A DNA stretch of 64,000 nucleotides from a virus (taxonomy: Duplodnaviria > Heunggongvirae > Uroviricota > Caudoviricetes), in IMG/VR virus record IMGVR_UViG_3300012347_000338, positions 1 to 64,000 of that record. The stretch is one strand, 5' to 3'. A program made the translations under genes and the position numbers. The first letter of the stretch is position 1, and each line of letters opens with the position of its first letter. The notes under the pieces are model-generated. The model was not told where the DNA came from. It worked only from the letters and a program-made list of their open reading frames with translations, and did no database searches. This document shows, one piece after another, positions 1-8,838 of the stretch.

Positions 1-1
1 G

Positions 2-304
2 CAAGGCAGACGCCAAGGCGCGCGCGGCAGCAATTGGAGCCAAGCCATGGAACTACTGAAGAACCCGATTCACATTGAGCACCAGTGGCGAACCAGCTGG
101 AGCGACGGCCTCAACTGGAATTTCGTTGCCGACTTTGCCTCGCTTGAGCAAGCGCAGATCGGAATTCAGCGCATGAAGGACGCCAGGATTCTGCGCAATC
201 GTACGTGCCGAATTGTTGACACGCGAACAGATCAAGTCCTTTGGCTTGGGTCGATCATTCCAACCTCACACCCATGGGATCTGGCGCATGTGGTGGCTGC
301 ATGA
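2..304 (+). CDS. hypothetical protein, possibly 5'-partial (reading frame stays open to window edge)
   Basis: ORF 47..304 has no in-frame stop back to position 2; no recognisable motif. Confidence 0.25.
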   Translation, partial: QGRRQGARGSNWSQAMELLKNPIHIEHQWRTSWSDGLNWNFVADFASLEQAQIGIQRMKDARILRNRTCRIVDTRTDQVLWLGSIIPTSHPWDLAHVVAA

Positions 305-395
305 ACACCTGGCCATTCCCACCCTACCCAAACCCGCTGGACCGCGGCAACCGCGTGCCCAAGTTCAACCCAAACAACCACGAGGACGCACCAAT

Positions 396-677
396 ATGAT
401 CCCGAAGATCAGCCTCGTGGCCTTTGAGGACCGCGACCAGCCATTTATTTTCGTCGGCATTCCGAATCAGCGCGGTCGCTATCTGCGCACCGATAAGTCG
501 GTTGCACTCGTCCCATGCGCACAATGCGACGCCTTGGTGGGCGAGCCCTGCCGGTCACGCTATGGCGATGGCTACAGCGGCACGACTCATGTGGCACGCC
601 GAAGCGCAGCACAGCTAAACGGATTCCGCGGCACGGTTGTCGGAGACATCCTTTGCAAACTGAAGGAGCTCTTCTGA
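396..677 (+). CDS. small Cys-containing hypothetical protein (93 aa)
   Basis: internal ATG at 396 preceded by GAGGA; CxxC...C cluster; stop overlaps next start. Confidence 0.4.
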   Translation: MIPKISLVAFEDRDQPFIFVGIPNQRGRYLRTDKSVALVPCAQCDALVGEPCRSRYGDGYSGTTHVARRSAAQLNGFRGTVVGDILCKLKELF

Positions 678-1090
678 TGAACGGCGACACCGCAAAACAG
701 CTGCGCACCCTACTGCTGCAGCACCCAGAAGGTCTCGAGATCTGGGCAATCGCCAAGACGCTTGACCGCGAGTACACCAACATTGCCAAGCGCCTGCATG
801 CCACCTATGGCTGCTACGTCAAAGGCTGGAACGGCCAGCGCCAGGTCTGGGCGTGCATCCCAGAGCCAGCCAATGCGCCTCGCCCGCCGTATGTGCGCAA
901 GGTCTATGTGCCATTCAAGCCTGAGCGCCTGATCAAGGCATACAAGCCCAAACCAAAGCGCGAGAGCGCCACGGCCCGTGCCAACCGAGCCGAGCCCATC
1001 ACACAGGACATCTTGGAGGCGCCCGCCTACAAGCCACAAAAAACCGTTTGGGTGCCGGTTGCACCTTGGCCAACACAGGAGAGTTTATGA
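677..1090 (+). CDS. hypothetical DNA-binding-like protein, paralog of 3264..3731
   Basis: ATG 677 with GAAGGAG RBS; shares LLQHPEG...AP.PP motifs with 3264..3731 product. Confidence 0.5.
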   Translation: MNGDTAKQLRTLLLQHPEGLEIWAIAKTLDREYTNIAKRLHATYGCYVKGWNGQRQVWACIPEPANAPRPPYVRKVYVPFKPERLIKAYKPKPKRESATARANRAEPITQDILEAPAYKPQKTVWVPVAPWPTQESL

Positions 1091-1413
1091 GTATTGAATC
1101 AATGAATGGCACCCTGGAACAAGCCAAGCGCAAAGAGCGCCATCGCACAAATGCCGAAACGCGATACTGGTGCGACCAGTACAAGCAAATCGCCACCGAA
1201 GCGGTTAATGCCCTAGCCAAGCAAGGGCACACCAAGTCTTTGTATGGCGCCAACTGGTCTGTCTTCAACACAGGTGCGTGCGTGGCAGATGGCCTGACCA
1301 TGGAAGAGGCCAAGGAGTACATGACGCCTGAGCGAATCGCCCGCGGTTGGACTGCTGTCTACTGCGTTGTTGTGAAGTCTGATGACCAATGGCCAACACA
1401 GGAGGCGGCATGA
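1087..1413 (+). CDS. hypothetical protein
   Basis: ATG 1087 after AGGAG; translationally coupled; start context duplicated at 1410. Confidence 0.5.
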   Translation: MSIESMNGTLEQAKRKERHRTNAETRYWCDQYKQIATEAVNALAKQGHTKSLYGANWSVFNTGACVADGLTMEEAKEYMTPERIARGWTAVYCVVVKSDDQWPTQEAA

Positions 1414-1844
1414 GTATTGAGGCAATTAAGCAGATGGTGGGTGTATTGGCCAGCATTACCGGCGAGCCAGACCGAAACCTGCAGCAGCGACCAGAGCGGT
1501 ACGCCAAGGCAAGAGAAGCCATTGAAGCAGGCCGCCAAGCCATTGCAGAGGCAGAGAAGCAAGAGCGGGGTGAGCCTGTGGCGTGGATGGGAGAGATGCA
1601 TGGGCCTCGTGGTGGGCCGTGGACTGCCTTCATCGAACACAAGCCATCGTTGAATGTGATGGACGCCACCACCAAGTGGACACCTCTCTACACCACACCA
1701 CAACAACGCAAGCCGCTGACGGATGAGCAGGCTGACAGCATCATCAACGGACTGCGGACTTGCTTGCACCGTGATAGCAAGCGCCAGTTTCTGAAAACGT
1801 GGCTCCGTGACTGGGCCGCCCATGACATCAAGGGGCAAGCATGA
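1410..1844 (+). CDS. hypothetical protein
   Basis: ATG 1410 after AGGAGG; ATGA overlap with upstream gene. Confidence 0.5.
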   Translation: MSIEAIKQMVGVLASITGEPDRNLQQRPERYAKAREAIEAGRQAIAEAEKQERGEPVAWMGEMHGPRGGPWTAFIEHKPSLNVMDATTKWTPLYTTPQQRKPLTDEQADSIINGLRTCLHRDSKRQFLKTWLRDWAAHDIKGQA

Positions 1845-2050
1845 CCCGCAAGCCAATCGGCGTGACCGTGCCTTACCGCAAGTCGGCGACATCTGTGTCG
1901 TCGACACCACCAAAAGCATTACCTGCCAAGCGCGCATGGGTCGGACTGACTCTGGCGGACAAGCAGGCGTTCATTGACCAAGACTTCGGCGGCAACCGGC
2001 TGGATGCCATGGACTACGCCGAGAAAATCCTGAAAGAGAGAAACGCATGA
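1841..2050 (+). CDS. hypothetical protein
   Basis: coupled ORF, GC3-rich codon usage. Confidence 0.4.
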   Translation: MTRKPIGVTVPYRKSATSVSSTPPKALPAKRAWVGLTLADKQAFIDQDFGGNRLDAMDYAEKILKERNA

Positions 2051-2250
2051 CCACCTTCACAGAACTGCTTGACGAGTACCTTGATGCCAAGGCTAAGCAC
2101 GACGAGGCTCGCGCACGCTTCGGCGGATATGACTTTGACTACTTCCATCACAAGGAAGCGCAGCACCTACATGACGCACGTGCTGCTCTGAACATCGCCT
2201 TCATCCAAGCGTCAGCCGGCGCACCAGCGACATCCGGGAGCCTGCTATGA
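2047..2250 (+). CDS. hypothetical protein
   Basis: coupled ORF in operon. Confidence 0.4.
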   Translation: MTTFTELLDEYLDAKAKHDEARARFGGYDFDYFHHKEAQHLHDARAALNIAFIQASAGAPATSGSLL

Positions 2251-2477
2251 CCACAGCCAAATACGCATGCGTAAATTGCAAGGACCTATTCACCGCCCGC
2301 ATCGCTGACCGCAAGCGCGGCTGGGCACGCTACTGCTCCAAGTCCTGCAAGGCCAAGAAGCAGGAGGCACGCACCGGCCAGTACAAGGCCATGCTCCAGG
2401 GCGGCCGCGGCAGTAGCTGGGATCAAGCTATGGCCGACAACGAAGCTGGCTGGGATGGCCACAAGAACGCCTTCTAG
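2247..2477 (+). CDS. zinc-ribbon hypothetical protein
   Basis: CxxC...CxxxC motif (CVNCKD...CSKSCK). Confidence 0.45.
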   Translation: MTTAKYACVNCKDLFTARIADRKRGWARYCSKSCKAKKQEARTGQYKAMLQGGRGSSWDQAMADNEAGWDGHKNAF

Positions 2478-2517
2478 AAATGCCCGAGCGAAATTGAAGG
2501 TCTTTTTTTCGCTCTAG

Positions 2518-2547
2518 TTGCAACATTTTGTTTATTACACAATAATA
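2518..2547 (+). promoter_or_regulatory. sigma70-like promoter (TTGCAA-N17/18-ATAATA) preceded by inverted repeat GAGCGAAA/TTTCGCTC
   Basis: read directly; near-identical spacer/-10 to promoter at 4564. Confidence 0.4.
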
Positions 2548-2573
2548 TGTTTCATCAACAACGAAAGGGGAAT

Positions 2574-2849
2574 ATGAACTGCAAACCAAACGACATGGCC
2601 ATGGTCATTCGATCTCAATACCCAGACATGCTGGGACGCATCATCCGCGTCACTACGCTACTCAAGCTAAATGACGTACCAGATGAACAGGTTTACGCGT
2701 GGCTCTACGAGGGTGATCTTCGTACCGACACAGGCGGACGCATCGCCGCGGCAGAAGACTGCTGCCTAAAGCCGATCCGAGATCCGGGTGAAGACGCCGT
2801 CGACGAGATGGTCCAACTGTGCGGCAACGCGACTGCGAGGACCGCATGA
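2574..2849 (+). CDS. hypothetical first-gene protein, paralog of 15219..15545
   Basis: ATG 2574 after AAAGGGG; N-terminus MNCKPNDMAMVIR matches MNCQPGDLAFVIR of 15545 gene. Confidence 0.5.
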   Translation: MNCKPNDMAMVIRSQYPDMLGRIIRVTTLLKLNDVPDEQVYAWLYEGDLRTDTGGRIAAAEDCCLKPIRDPGEDAVDEMVQLCGNATARTA

Positions 2850-3094
2850 AGTCAACGCAACGCGACGCAATCAAGCTGGCCAAGCGGTTTGGCCTCGAGG
2901 TGCTCAGCCTCTCACACACTGGCGGCGACCACTACAAGCTCAACCTGAAGAACAGCCAAGGAAGCACAGCCTTCTTTGTGATGTCCAACACTGCCAGCGA
3001 CAAGAGGCACGCCACCAAGAACAACGAATCCCTGTTCCGTCGCTTTGCCGACGGCACATTCAACCCAGTCAAAGAACGAGGACAAAAGCGATGA
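2846..3094 (+). CDS. hypothetical protein
   Basis: internal ATG with ATGA overlap to upstream stop. Confidence 0.4.
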   Translation: MKSTQRDAIKLAKRFGLEVLSLSHTGGDHYKLNLKNSQGSTAFFVMSNTASDKRHATKNNESLFRRFADGTFNPVKERGQKR

Positions 3095-3267
3095 ACTGCG
3101 ATTTCACATTACTCAAAGAAGACACCAGCTGGCTGATGGCCATGATCTGTTTTGCGGCAGTGGTAACCGTGGCGCTTGACGTCGGCGTGTGGCGCAAGGA
3201 CTGCGAGGTCTTGTCTACGCGCAGCCAGGCTGCAATCAACGCTTACATGAAAGGCTGCGCGAAATGA
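3091..3267 (+). CDS. small membrane protein (58 aa)
   Basis: ATG after GAGGA; one hydrophobic helix. Confidence 0.4.
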   Translation: MNCDFTLLKEDTSWLMAMICFAAVVTVALDVGVWRKDCEVLSTRSQAAINAYMKGCAK

Positions 3268-3731
3268 CAGAGCCAGTCAAACGCAAGCGCGACAACCAGG
3301 GCGGCCTATTCCGCAAACAGATCCGCGCCCTGCTGCTACTGCACCCAGAAGGCATGACGCTCAAGCACATCAACGAAGTCATCCCAGGCAAGGGTCATAG
3401 CCTCTACCGCGCGCTCAAGCGCATGCCTGACGCGTATGTGTCGCACTGGATTGACCCAGTCGGCGAGAAGCAGCAGGCGGTCTACAAAGTTGTCCCAGTG
3501 CCAGCCGATGCGCCCAAGCCGCCGATGTCTAAGAAGTCAGCTGCCGAGCGCAATGCCTACCTGCGCGAGTACCGGCTGGCTCGCAAAGAAGCTGCCCGCA
3601 CTGGCAAGCCAGTAGAGCTCAAGGCGAGAGCGCCACGCATCACACACCTACCCCGCGAAGAAGCCTTGGCACGCGACGAGGCCATGCGCAATCGCTATTC
3701 CAACCCACCAACATACAAGCCACTCAAATGA
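3264..3731 (+). CDS. hypothetical DNA-binding-like protein, paralog of 677..1090
   Basis: ATG 3264; shared motifs with 677..1090. Confidence 0.5.
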   Translation: MTEPVKRKRDNQGGLFRKQIRALLLLHPEGMTLKHINEVIPGKGHSLYRALKRMPDAYVSHWIDPVGEKQQAVYKVVPVPADAPKPPMSKKSAAERNAYLREYRLARKEAARTGKPVELKARAPRITHLPREEALARDEAMRNRYSNPPTYKPLK

Positions 3732-4537
3732 ACACCACCAACACATTTAGCAAAGGCGATACCGTCTACAACGTCCACGGCCAGCAAGGCGCGTACATCG
3801 CCAGCTACGGCGGCTCGCATCTGGTAGCGCCAGAGTACGAGAGTGGAGAGTTTGGCGAGCCTCACTGGGGCACCCCAGAGGAGTGGCGCGAGATCTTCTC
3901 AAAGCCGCCAACCGTCAAACTCGAGGCCAAGGTCGACGAGCTTGACAAGCTGATCACCGAGAAGCGCGAGGAGCTCAAGCGCGTTAATGCGGAGCTCGAC
4001 CAGTCCGGCCGTCGCTACCAAGAGCAGCTGAAGAAAATGAAGCAGCACCAAGCCCTGAGCCGCATCGAAGACTACCTAGACGGCAAGTTCACTCACTTCT
4101 TGGATGTTGGCTACGGCGTCAAGCTGATCAGCAAAGAGGACGCACTGAAGAGTCCTGACAAATACGACCGCGACATGAAGCTACTCACCCTGTTTGGCCG
4201 CACCAACGGCGACCTGCAATGGCGCATCAACCGCTACTACGATGGCAGCGGCGGCAACACGGATGTCTACCCGTGCGAATCCGAAGAGGAGGCAATTGCG
4301 ATTGTGCGCAAGCTGTATGCCGAGGCCGTCGAAGAGTGGCGCGCTCAAGAAAAGAAGCACTACGGACGTGCACTTGAATGGGCGAGGACAGTCTCTTGGG
4401 ATTGGATTGACGTGCCGCAGGACGTGCGCGAATACATGAACCAGGCGCTGATTGACGCCCGCACAGCAACGCTTGAGAAAGCCAAAGAAGCTTTGGCTAA
4501 GGCTGAGGCCGAACTGCTTGATGCATTAACCAACTGA
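3728..4537 (+). CDS. hypothetical protein (269 aa)
   Basis: long ORF, good codon usage, coupled start. Confidence 0.55.
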   Translation: MNTTNTFSKGDTVYNVHGQQGAYIASYGGSHLVAPEYESGEFGEPHWGTPEEWREIFSKPPTVKLEAKVDELDKLITEKREELKRVNAELDQSGRRYQEQLKKMKQHQALSRIEDYLDGKFTHFLDVGYGVKLISKEDALKSPDKYDRDMKLLTLFGRTNGDLQWRINRYYDGSGGNTDVYPCESEEEAIAIVRKLYAEAVEEWRAQEKKHYGRALEWARTVSWDWIDVPQDVREYMNQALIDARTATLEKAKEALAKAEAELLDALTN

Positions 4538-4563
4538 TTCGCTTGGACATTTTTTTTCCTTAA

Positions 4564-4594
4564 TTGCCAACCGTTTGTTTGTTGTGCAATAATA
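4564..4594 (+). promoter_or_regulatory. sigma70-like promoter (TTGCCA-N18-AATAAT) upstream of dcm
   Basis: read directly; same family as 2518 promoter. Confidence 0.4.
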
Positions 4595-4619
4595 TGTTTA
4601 ACAACTTTTTAGGAGATCT

Positions 4620-5756
4620 ATGCGATTTGGTTCTGTTGCTTCTGGGATTGAGGCCGCGTCAGTAGCGTGGCGCCCGCTCGGCTGGGAGGCTGCATGGCTT
4701 TCCGAGATCGAGGCTTTCCCATCGGCCGTGCTTGCACACCACTACCCTGATGTCCCGAACCTCGGCGACATGACAACGCTGCCAGAGAAAATCCTCTCTG
4801 GCGAAGTCGAAGCCCCAGACCTGCTCTGCGGTGGCACACCCTGCCAATCATTTTCCGTAGCCGGTCTGCGCAAGTCCCTTGACGATGCTCGCGGCAACCT
4901 TTCACTCATGTTCTGCGAGATCGCAAATGCAATTGACACTACCCGGCGTGCCGCTAACAAGCCTCCTGCCATCATTTTTTGGGAAAACGTACCAGGAGTC
5001 CTCTCTACAAAAGACAACGCCTTTGGCTGCTTCCTTGCCGAGCTGGCCGGCGAAGTTGTACCACTCATCTCAGCAGGGGGCAAATGGCCGAACGCTGGTT
5101 TTATCTCTGGCCCCAAGAGAACAGTGGCGTGGCGAATCCTCGACGCCCAATATTTCGGAGTGGCCCAACGACGCCGTCGTGTGTTCGTTGTCGCAAGTGC
5201 TCGAGACGGGTTCGATCCCGCCTCGGTTCTTTTTGAGTTCGACGGCGTGCGCAGGGATTCTGCGCCGAGCCGAGAAGCGTGGGAAAGCATTACCCATCCA
5301 GCTGCTGCATGCCTTACAAGCAGTGGCAGGGGTGTTGAGCGAACCGGCGACACCCGCGGACAAGATCCAGTAGTCGCCACATTTGACTTCCAGTCATCTG
5401 GCGAATACGGCACCGCACCCGTTGCATCGACGATTGCGGCGCGAGACTACAAGAGCGCCAAAGACTTGGCTGTACATCTGGGTGGCATGCAAGTCCGCCG
5501 CTTGACACCCGTTGAGTGCGAACGCCTGCAAGGCTTTCCAGACAACTACACCGACATTCCCTGGCGCAAGAAGCCAATTGGAGAATGCCCCGATGGCCCA
5601 CGCTACAAGGCGCTAGGCAACAGCTGGGCGGTACCGGTGGTGCAGTGGATCGGAAGGCGAATTGACCAAGAGGTCAAGGCCATCCAGCCCGCGCCTGTTC
5701 GCTCGCTCAAAGACAAACTTTCTGTTTTCGCATCAACATTTTGGGGCGACAAATGA
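4620..5756 (+). CDS. dcm: DNA (cytosine-5)-methyltransferase (orphan Dcm-type)
   Basis: C5-MTase motifs: GGTPCQSFS (PCQ), FWENVPG (ENV), QRRRRVF, GNSW. Confidence 0.9.
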   Translation: MRFGSVASGIEAASVAWRPLGWEAAWLSEIEAFPSAVLAHHYPDVPNLGDMTTLPEKILSGEVEAPDLLCGGTPCQSFSVAGLRKSLDDARGNLSLMFCEIANAIDTTRRAANKPPAIIFWENVPGVLSTKDNAFGCFLAELAGEVVPLISAGGKWPNAGFISGPKRTVAWRILDAQYFGVAQRRRRVFVVASARDGFDPASVLFEFDGVRRDSAPSREAWESITHPAAACLTSSGRGVERTGDTRGQDPVVATFDFQSSGEYGTAPVASTIAARDYKSAKDLAVHLGGMQVRRLTPVECERLQGFPDNYTDIPWRKKPIGECPDGPRYKALGNSWAVPVVQWIGRRIDQEVKAIQPAPVRSLKDKLSVFASTFWGDK

Positions 5757-6034
5757 GCTCCAAAAAAGCACCCGTATACGCCCAGACCTTTCAGTTCCGC
5801 GAGTTTCTCTTTCGCCAGTGCCCGAACTGGGTGCGCGAATTCCCAGAGGGAAAACTCGCTGTGCACCTGATCGCTCAAGCGTTTGAAGACAACGCCTCTT
5901 GGTTCTTTTCGAAGGACACCGAGCGCTTCGTCCTGCTCTGCGAAAACCTCGGCTTAAACCCCGAAGCAATCGCCGAGACATACCGCAAGACATCGCGCAA
6001 ATACAACGCGTCAATTGGCTTGAGGTACATGTGA
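5753..6034 (+). CDS. hypothetical protein
   Basis: ATGA-coupled to dcm stop. Confidence 0.5.
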   Translation: MSSKKAPVYAQTFQFREFLFRQCPNWVREFPEGKLAVHLIAQAFEDNASWFFSKDTERFVLLCENLGLNPEAIAETYRKTSRKYNASIGLRYM

Positions 6035-6294
6035 TGACACTCACCAAAGAAGAAGCCGTCATGGCCTACCTGGCTGGCAACGTCGTCCAGTTCAAAGCCG
6101 GCGAGAAGTGGATGCTGGTCAACCAGTACTACTTGTTCGACCACTACAACACGTTCCGCATCAAGCCCGAGAAAGAAGAGCTCGTGCGCCAGTTGCGTGT
6201 GGACTGGGAAAAGTCCAGCAATTCAACACCAAACCTGCGCCTTGAATGGCACCCCGAAACATACGAACTTATCAAAGCGGAGATCATCAAATGA
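6034..6294 (+). CDS. hypothetical protein
   Basis: internal ATG 6034; coupled. Confidence 0.45.
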   Translation: MTLTKEEAVMAYLAGNVVQFKAGEKWMLVNQYYLFDHYNTFRIKPEKEELVRQLRVDWEKSSNSTPNLRLEWHPETYELIKAEIIK

Positions 6295-6497
6295 GCCAAA
6301 CCACAGACATTCTCGAGCACATGAAGCGCGAGCCAATCACAGCAATTGAAGCGCTGACCCAGTACGGCTGCTTCCGCCTGGCTGCTCGCATCAAAGACCT
6401 TCGCGAAGACGGTCATGAGATCGAGACCACCACCCTTGAATTGCCCAACGGCAAGTCAATCGCCAAATATTCACTCAAAGAAACGGAAGCAGCATGA
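6291..6497 (+). CDS. winged-helix HTH protein (HTH_39-like)
   Basis: ITAIEALTQYGCFRLAARIKDLREDGHEI resembles phage winged-helix family. Confidence 0.45.
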   Translation: MSQTTDILEHMKREPITAIEALTQYGCFRLAARIKDLREDGHEIETTTLELPNGKSIAKYSLKETEAA

Positions 6498-6682
6498 AGA
6501 AAAACAAGGCCGGTCGCCCGTCTATTGACGGCGCCAAGAACTGCACAGCACGCCTCAACGCGGCAATCACGCCAAAGCACAAGCGAATGCTGGACGAGCT
6601 CGCAAAAGTGTCTGGCGGCATCTCGCCGTGGCTGCGCTCAGCCATTGAATCAGCACACTCAACTCTGAAAGCCACCAAATGA
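6494..6682 (+). CDS. ribbon-helix-helix-like small protein
   Basis: AGRPSIDG...ITPKHKRMLDELA pattern typical of RHH/CopG-like. Confidence 0.4.
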   Translation: MKKNKAGRPSIDGAKNCTARLNAAITPKHKRMLDELAKVSGGISPWLRSAIESAHSTLKATK

Positions 6683-6957
6683 TTGACCCAACAAAAGCTT
6701 GGCCGGACGGCGCCCTAACCCCCACATTCCCGCCAGAAATTCTGCCAGTTCGCAGCGGCGTCTACTTCACTCGCGAGATTGATCCAGACACTGGCAAGGC
6801 TATGACTGAGATGTTTGTCTTCAGTTACTTCGATGCCACCGACCGCATCTGGGGATGCGCAGCATTTAACCGAGACGTCGCTTGGAAAGAACCAACTTAC
6901 GAGTTCGCCTCTCAGAACAAAGAGTGGATTGGTTTCACCGAGGAGCCACAGTCATGA
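6679..6957 (+). CDS. hypothetical protein
   Basis: coupled ORF. Confidence 0.45.
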   Translation: MIDPTKAWPDGALTPTFPPEILPVRSGVYFTREIDPDTGKAMTEMFVFSYFDATDRIWGCAAFNRDVAWKEPTYEFASQNKEWIGFTEEPQS

Positions 6958-7616
6958 GGGAATACCAATGCAGCCATGAGCAAGTGCTCAAAGACCTGGC
7001 CGGTCACGAGATGCAGATCATCAAGGACGACGGTGTGCACCGCCACATCCGCTTCAAGCGGTACGGCGACGGTTGCTACTGGTTTGATTTGATCACTTAC
7101 CCAGGTGCCTTGGTCATCGACGGCGACATGGGCACGTACGTGTTCCGCCGCCTTGACGACATGTTTGAGTTCTTCCGCACTGATCGCGTCGAAGGCAAGT
7201 TGCGCATTAACCCGAGCTATTGGGGCGAGAAGCTGACAGCCACAGCAAATCACGGCGGCTTCAAGGAGTTCGACGAGGATCGCTTTGCAGAGGTCATCAA
7301 AGAGTACTTGGTGCGCTGGGTCAAAGACAACCGCGACGACACCTCAGAAGAGCAGCGGCGCGAACTCTGGGACGCCGTGCAAGACGAGGTGCTGGACATT
7401 GAATGCGACAGGGATGGCAACCAAAAGACACATGCCGCGTACGGCTTCCATCACCTAGTCAGCCGCGAGTTTGGGGAGTTCTATTTCCAAGACCTGTGGG
7501 AATACAACTTTGAGCGCTACACCTACCACTTCATCTGGTGCTGCTACGCGATTGCCTGGGCGATTGAGCTCTATGACGAAACCAAAGCCTCGGAGCAGAA
7601 AGCAATTGCCGCATGA
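6954..7616 (+). CDS. hypothetical protein (220 aa)
   Basis: internal ATG 6954 overlapping upstream stop. Confidence 0.55.
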   Translation: MREYQCSHEQVLKDLAGHEMQIIKDDGVHRHIRFKRYGDGCYWFDLITYPGALVIDGDMGTYVFRRLDDMFEFFRTDRVEGKLRINPSYWGEKLTATANHGGFKEFDEDRFAEVIKEYLVRWVKDNRDDTSEEQRRELWDAVQDEVLDIECDRDGNQKTHAAYGFHHLVSREFGEFYFQDLWEYNFERYTYHFIWCCYAIAWAIELYDETKASEQKAIAA

Positions 7617-7816
7617 CCGCCGAAGTAATTCCATTTGATGAGCCCAAGCCAGAGCCCCGTGTAAAAGGCAAGTGCTCATTCTGCGGCAAATCCGAAGACA
7701 ACGCTGGCCGCCTATTCGGCAACAGCCAGCCAGGTAAGTACGCCCGCTGGGTGTGTGATGCCTGCATCCGCAAGTGCAAGGCGCTGATCTCTGAGCCAGA
7801 ACAGGTGACGTCATGA
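7613..7816 (+). CDS. ClpX-type C4 zinc-finger (ZBD-only) protein
   Basis: CSFCGKSEDNAGRLFG...WVCDACI matches ClpX N-terminal zinc-binding domain signature. Confidence 0.55.
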   Translation: MTAEVIPFDEPKPEPRVKGKCSFCGKSEDNAGRLFGNSQPGKYARWVCDACIRKCKALISEPEQVTS

Positions 7817-8058
7817 CCATGGGCGCACTACCCAAAGCAGGCGCACCTTTTCGCCGGCCACCAGTGCGCTCACTTGCCGAGATTGCCGATGAGTTCGGCA
7901 TGTCGCGTCACACGCTTCAGGCACACATGAGCAATTCGCGCAACGCACCGAAGCCAGAGTTCCAACACAAGTCCACACCGACTATGCCAGGTCGCAGCTA
8001 CTACCGGCTGAATGACATGCGCAAGTGGTGGGCTGAATATCAGAAAGAAACCGTATGA
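7813..8058 (+). CDS. HTH_17/excisionase-family DNA-binding protein
   Basis: SLAEIADEFGMSRHTLQAHM helix-turn-helix followed by YYRL..W. Confidence 0.4.
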   Translation: MTMGALPKAGAPFRRPPVRSLAEIADEFGMSRHTLQAHMSNSRNAPKPEFQHKSTPTMPGRSYYRLNDMRKWWAEYQKETV

Positions 8059-8240
8059 CCGACCAAGAAGAAATCCAACGCATGATTGCCAATGCCGCAC
8101 TAAAGCTCGCCGAGTTCGCATTTGAATGCGGATTCACTCTCACCATTGAGACCGTGCCACGAAAGCCGCTAGCCCTGGGCAACTACGACCTCGAGATTGA
8201 GGTCCGCGAGAGCCATGCCAACTACCGGAGCCAGTCATGA
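8055..8240 (+). CDS. hypothetical protein
   Basis: coupled ORF. Confidence 0.4.
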   Translation: MTDQEEIQRMIANAALKLAEFAFECGFTLTIETVPRKPLALGNYDLEIEVRESHANYRSQS

Positions 8241-8650
8241 ACTGCCTGACCAACCCTATTGAAGACCTGGCCGCAGCGGTTCATCACGCCTGCGCATTCG
8301 GCTTTGGTCCGATCTCCTATGAGGACCGCGACTGGGAGCAGTACAGCAAAGGCAACAAAGACGTGCGCATCTTGAAGGCTCGCCGCCCGAGCAAGTACGA
8401 CATTCAAGTCATCGCCATGTTCCCGCAGACGTGGGGCTCCACCGCCCTTGGCTTCGGCGGCATTGGCGGCCAAGCAATTACGACTGCCTACACAATTGTG
8501 ATTCGCCATGGCATTGAATTCTGCGTCTACTTTGGTGAGCAGTTTGCGTATCGCGTGAAGTGCCGCGGCCAGGAGATCTACGAGGACATCCACAAGCAGA
8601 GCATGGCCCGCGTCAGCGATGCATCTTCTCGCTACGAGGTGGACCTATGA
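8237..8650 (+). CDS. hypothetical protein
   Basis: coupled ORF 137 aa. Confidence 0.5.
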   Translation: MNCLTNPIEDLAAAVHHACAFGFGPISYEDRDWEQYSKGNKDVRILKARRPSKYDIQVIAMFPQTWGSTALGFGGIGGQAITTAYTIVIRHGIEFCVYFGEQFAYRVKCRGQEIYEDIHKQSMARVSDASSRYEVDL

Positions 8651-8838
8651 ACTGCTGCGACTCATACGGCAACTGCAACCAAGGGCGCGACTGCCCTGTG
8701 CGCTGCAAGCGCCACGAAACACCAAAGCCCATCGCGGCTTGGCGCATCAACCTGAAGGGTAAGCGCATCTCCTGGTGCCTGAAGAGCCCCGGCTGGGTTC
8801 GCATCGGCCGCCTGATTATCCGCTGGGAGGTTCAATGA
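8647..8838 (+). CDS. Cys-rich small protein
   Basis: internal ATG 8647 (MNCCDSYGNCNQGRDCPVRC). Confidence 0.4.
   Translation: MNCCDSYGNCNQGRDCPVRCKRHETPKPIAAWRINLKGKRISWCLKSPGWVRIGRLIIRWEVQ

Noticed and set aside
2478-2514. Terminator after gene 2247-2477
   Set aside because: The inverted repeat GAGCGAAA/TTTCGCTC has its T-run inside the loop rather than 3' of the stem. It is treated as an operator-like element of the adjacent promoter instead.
4194-4469. Overlapping ORFs inside gene 3728-4537
   Set aside because: They are alternate-frame artefacts within a longer, better-supported ORF.
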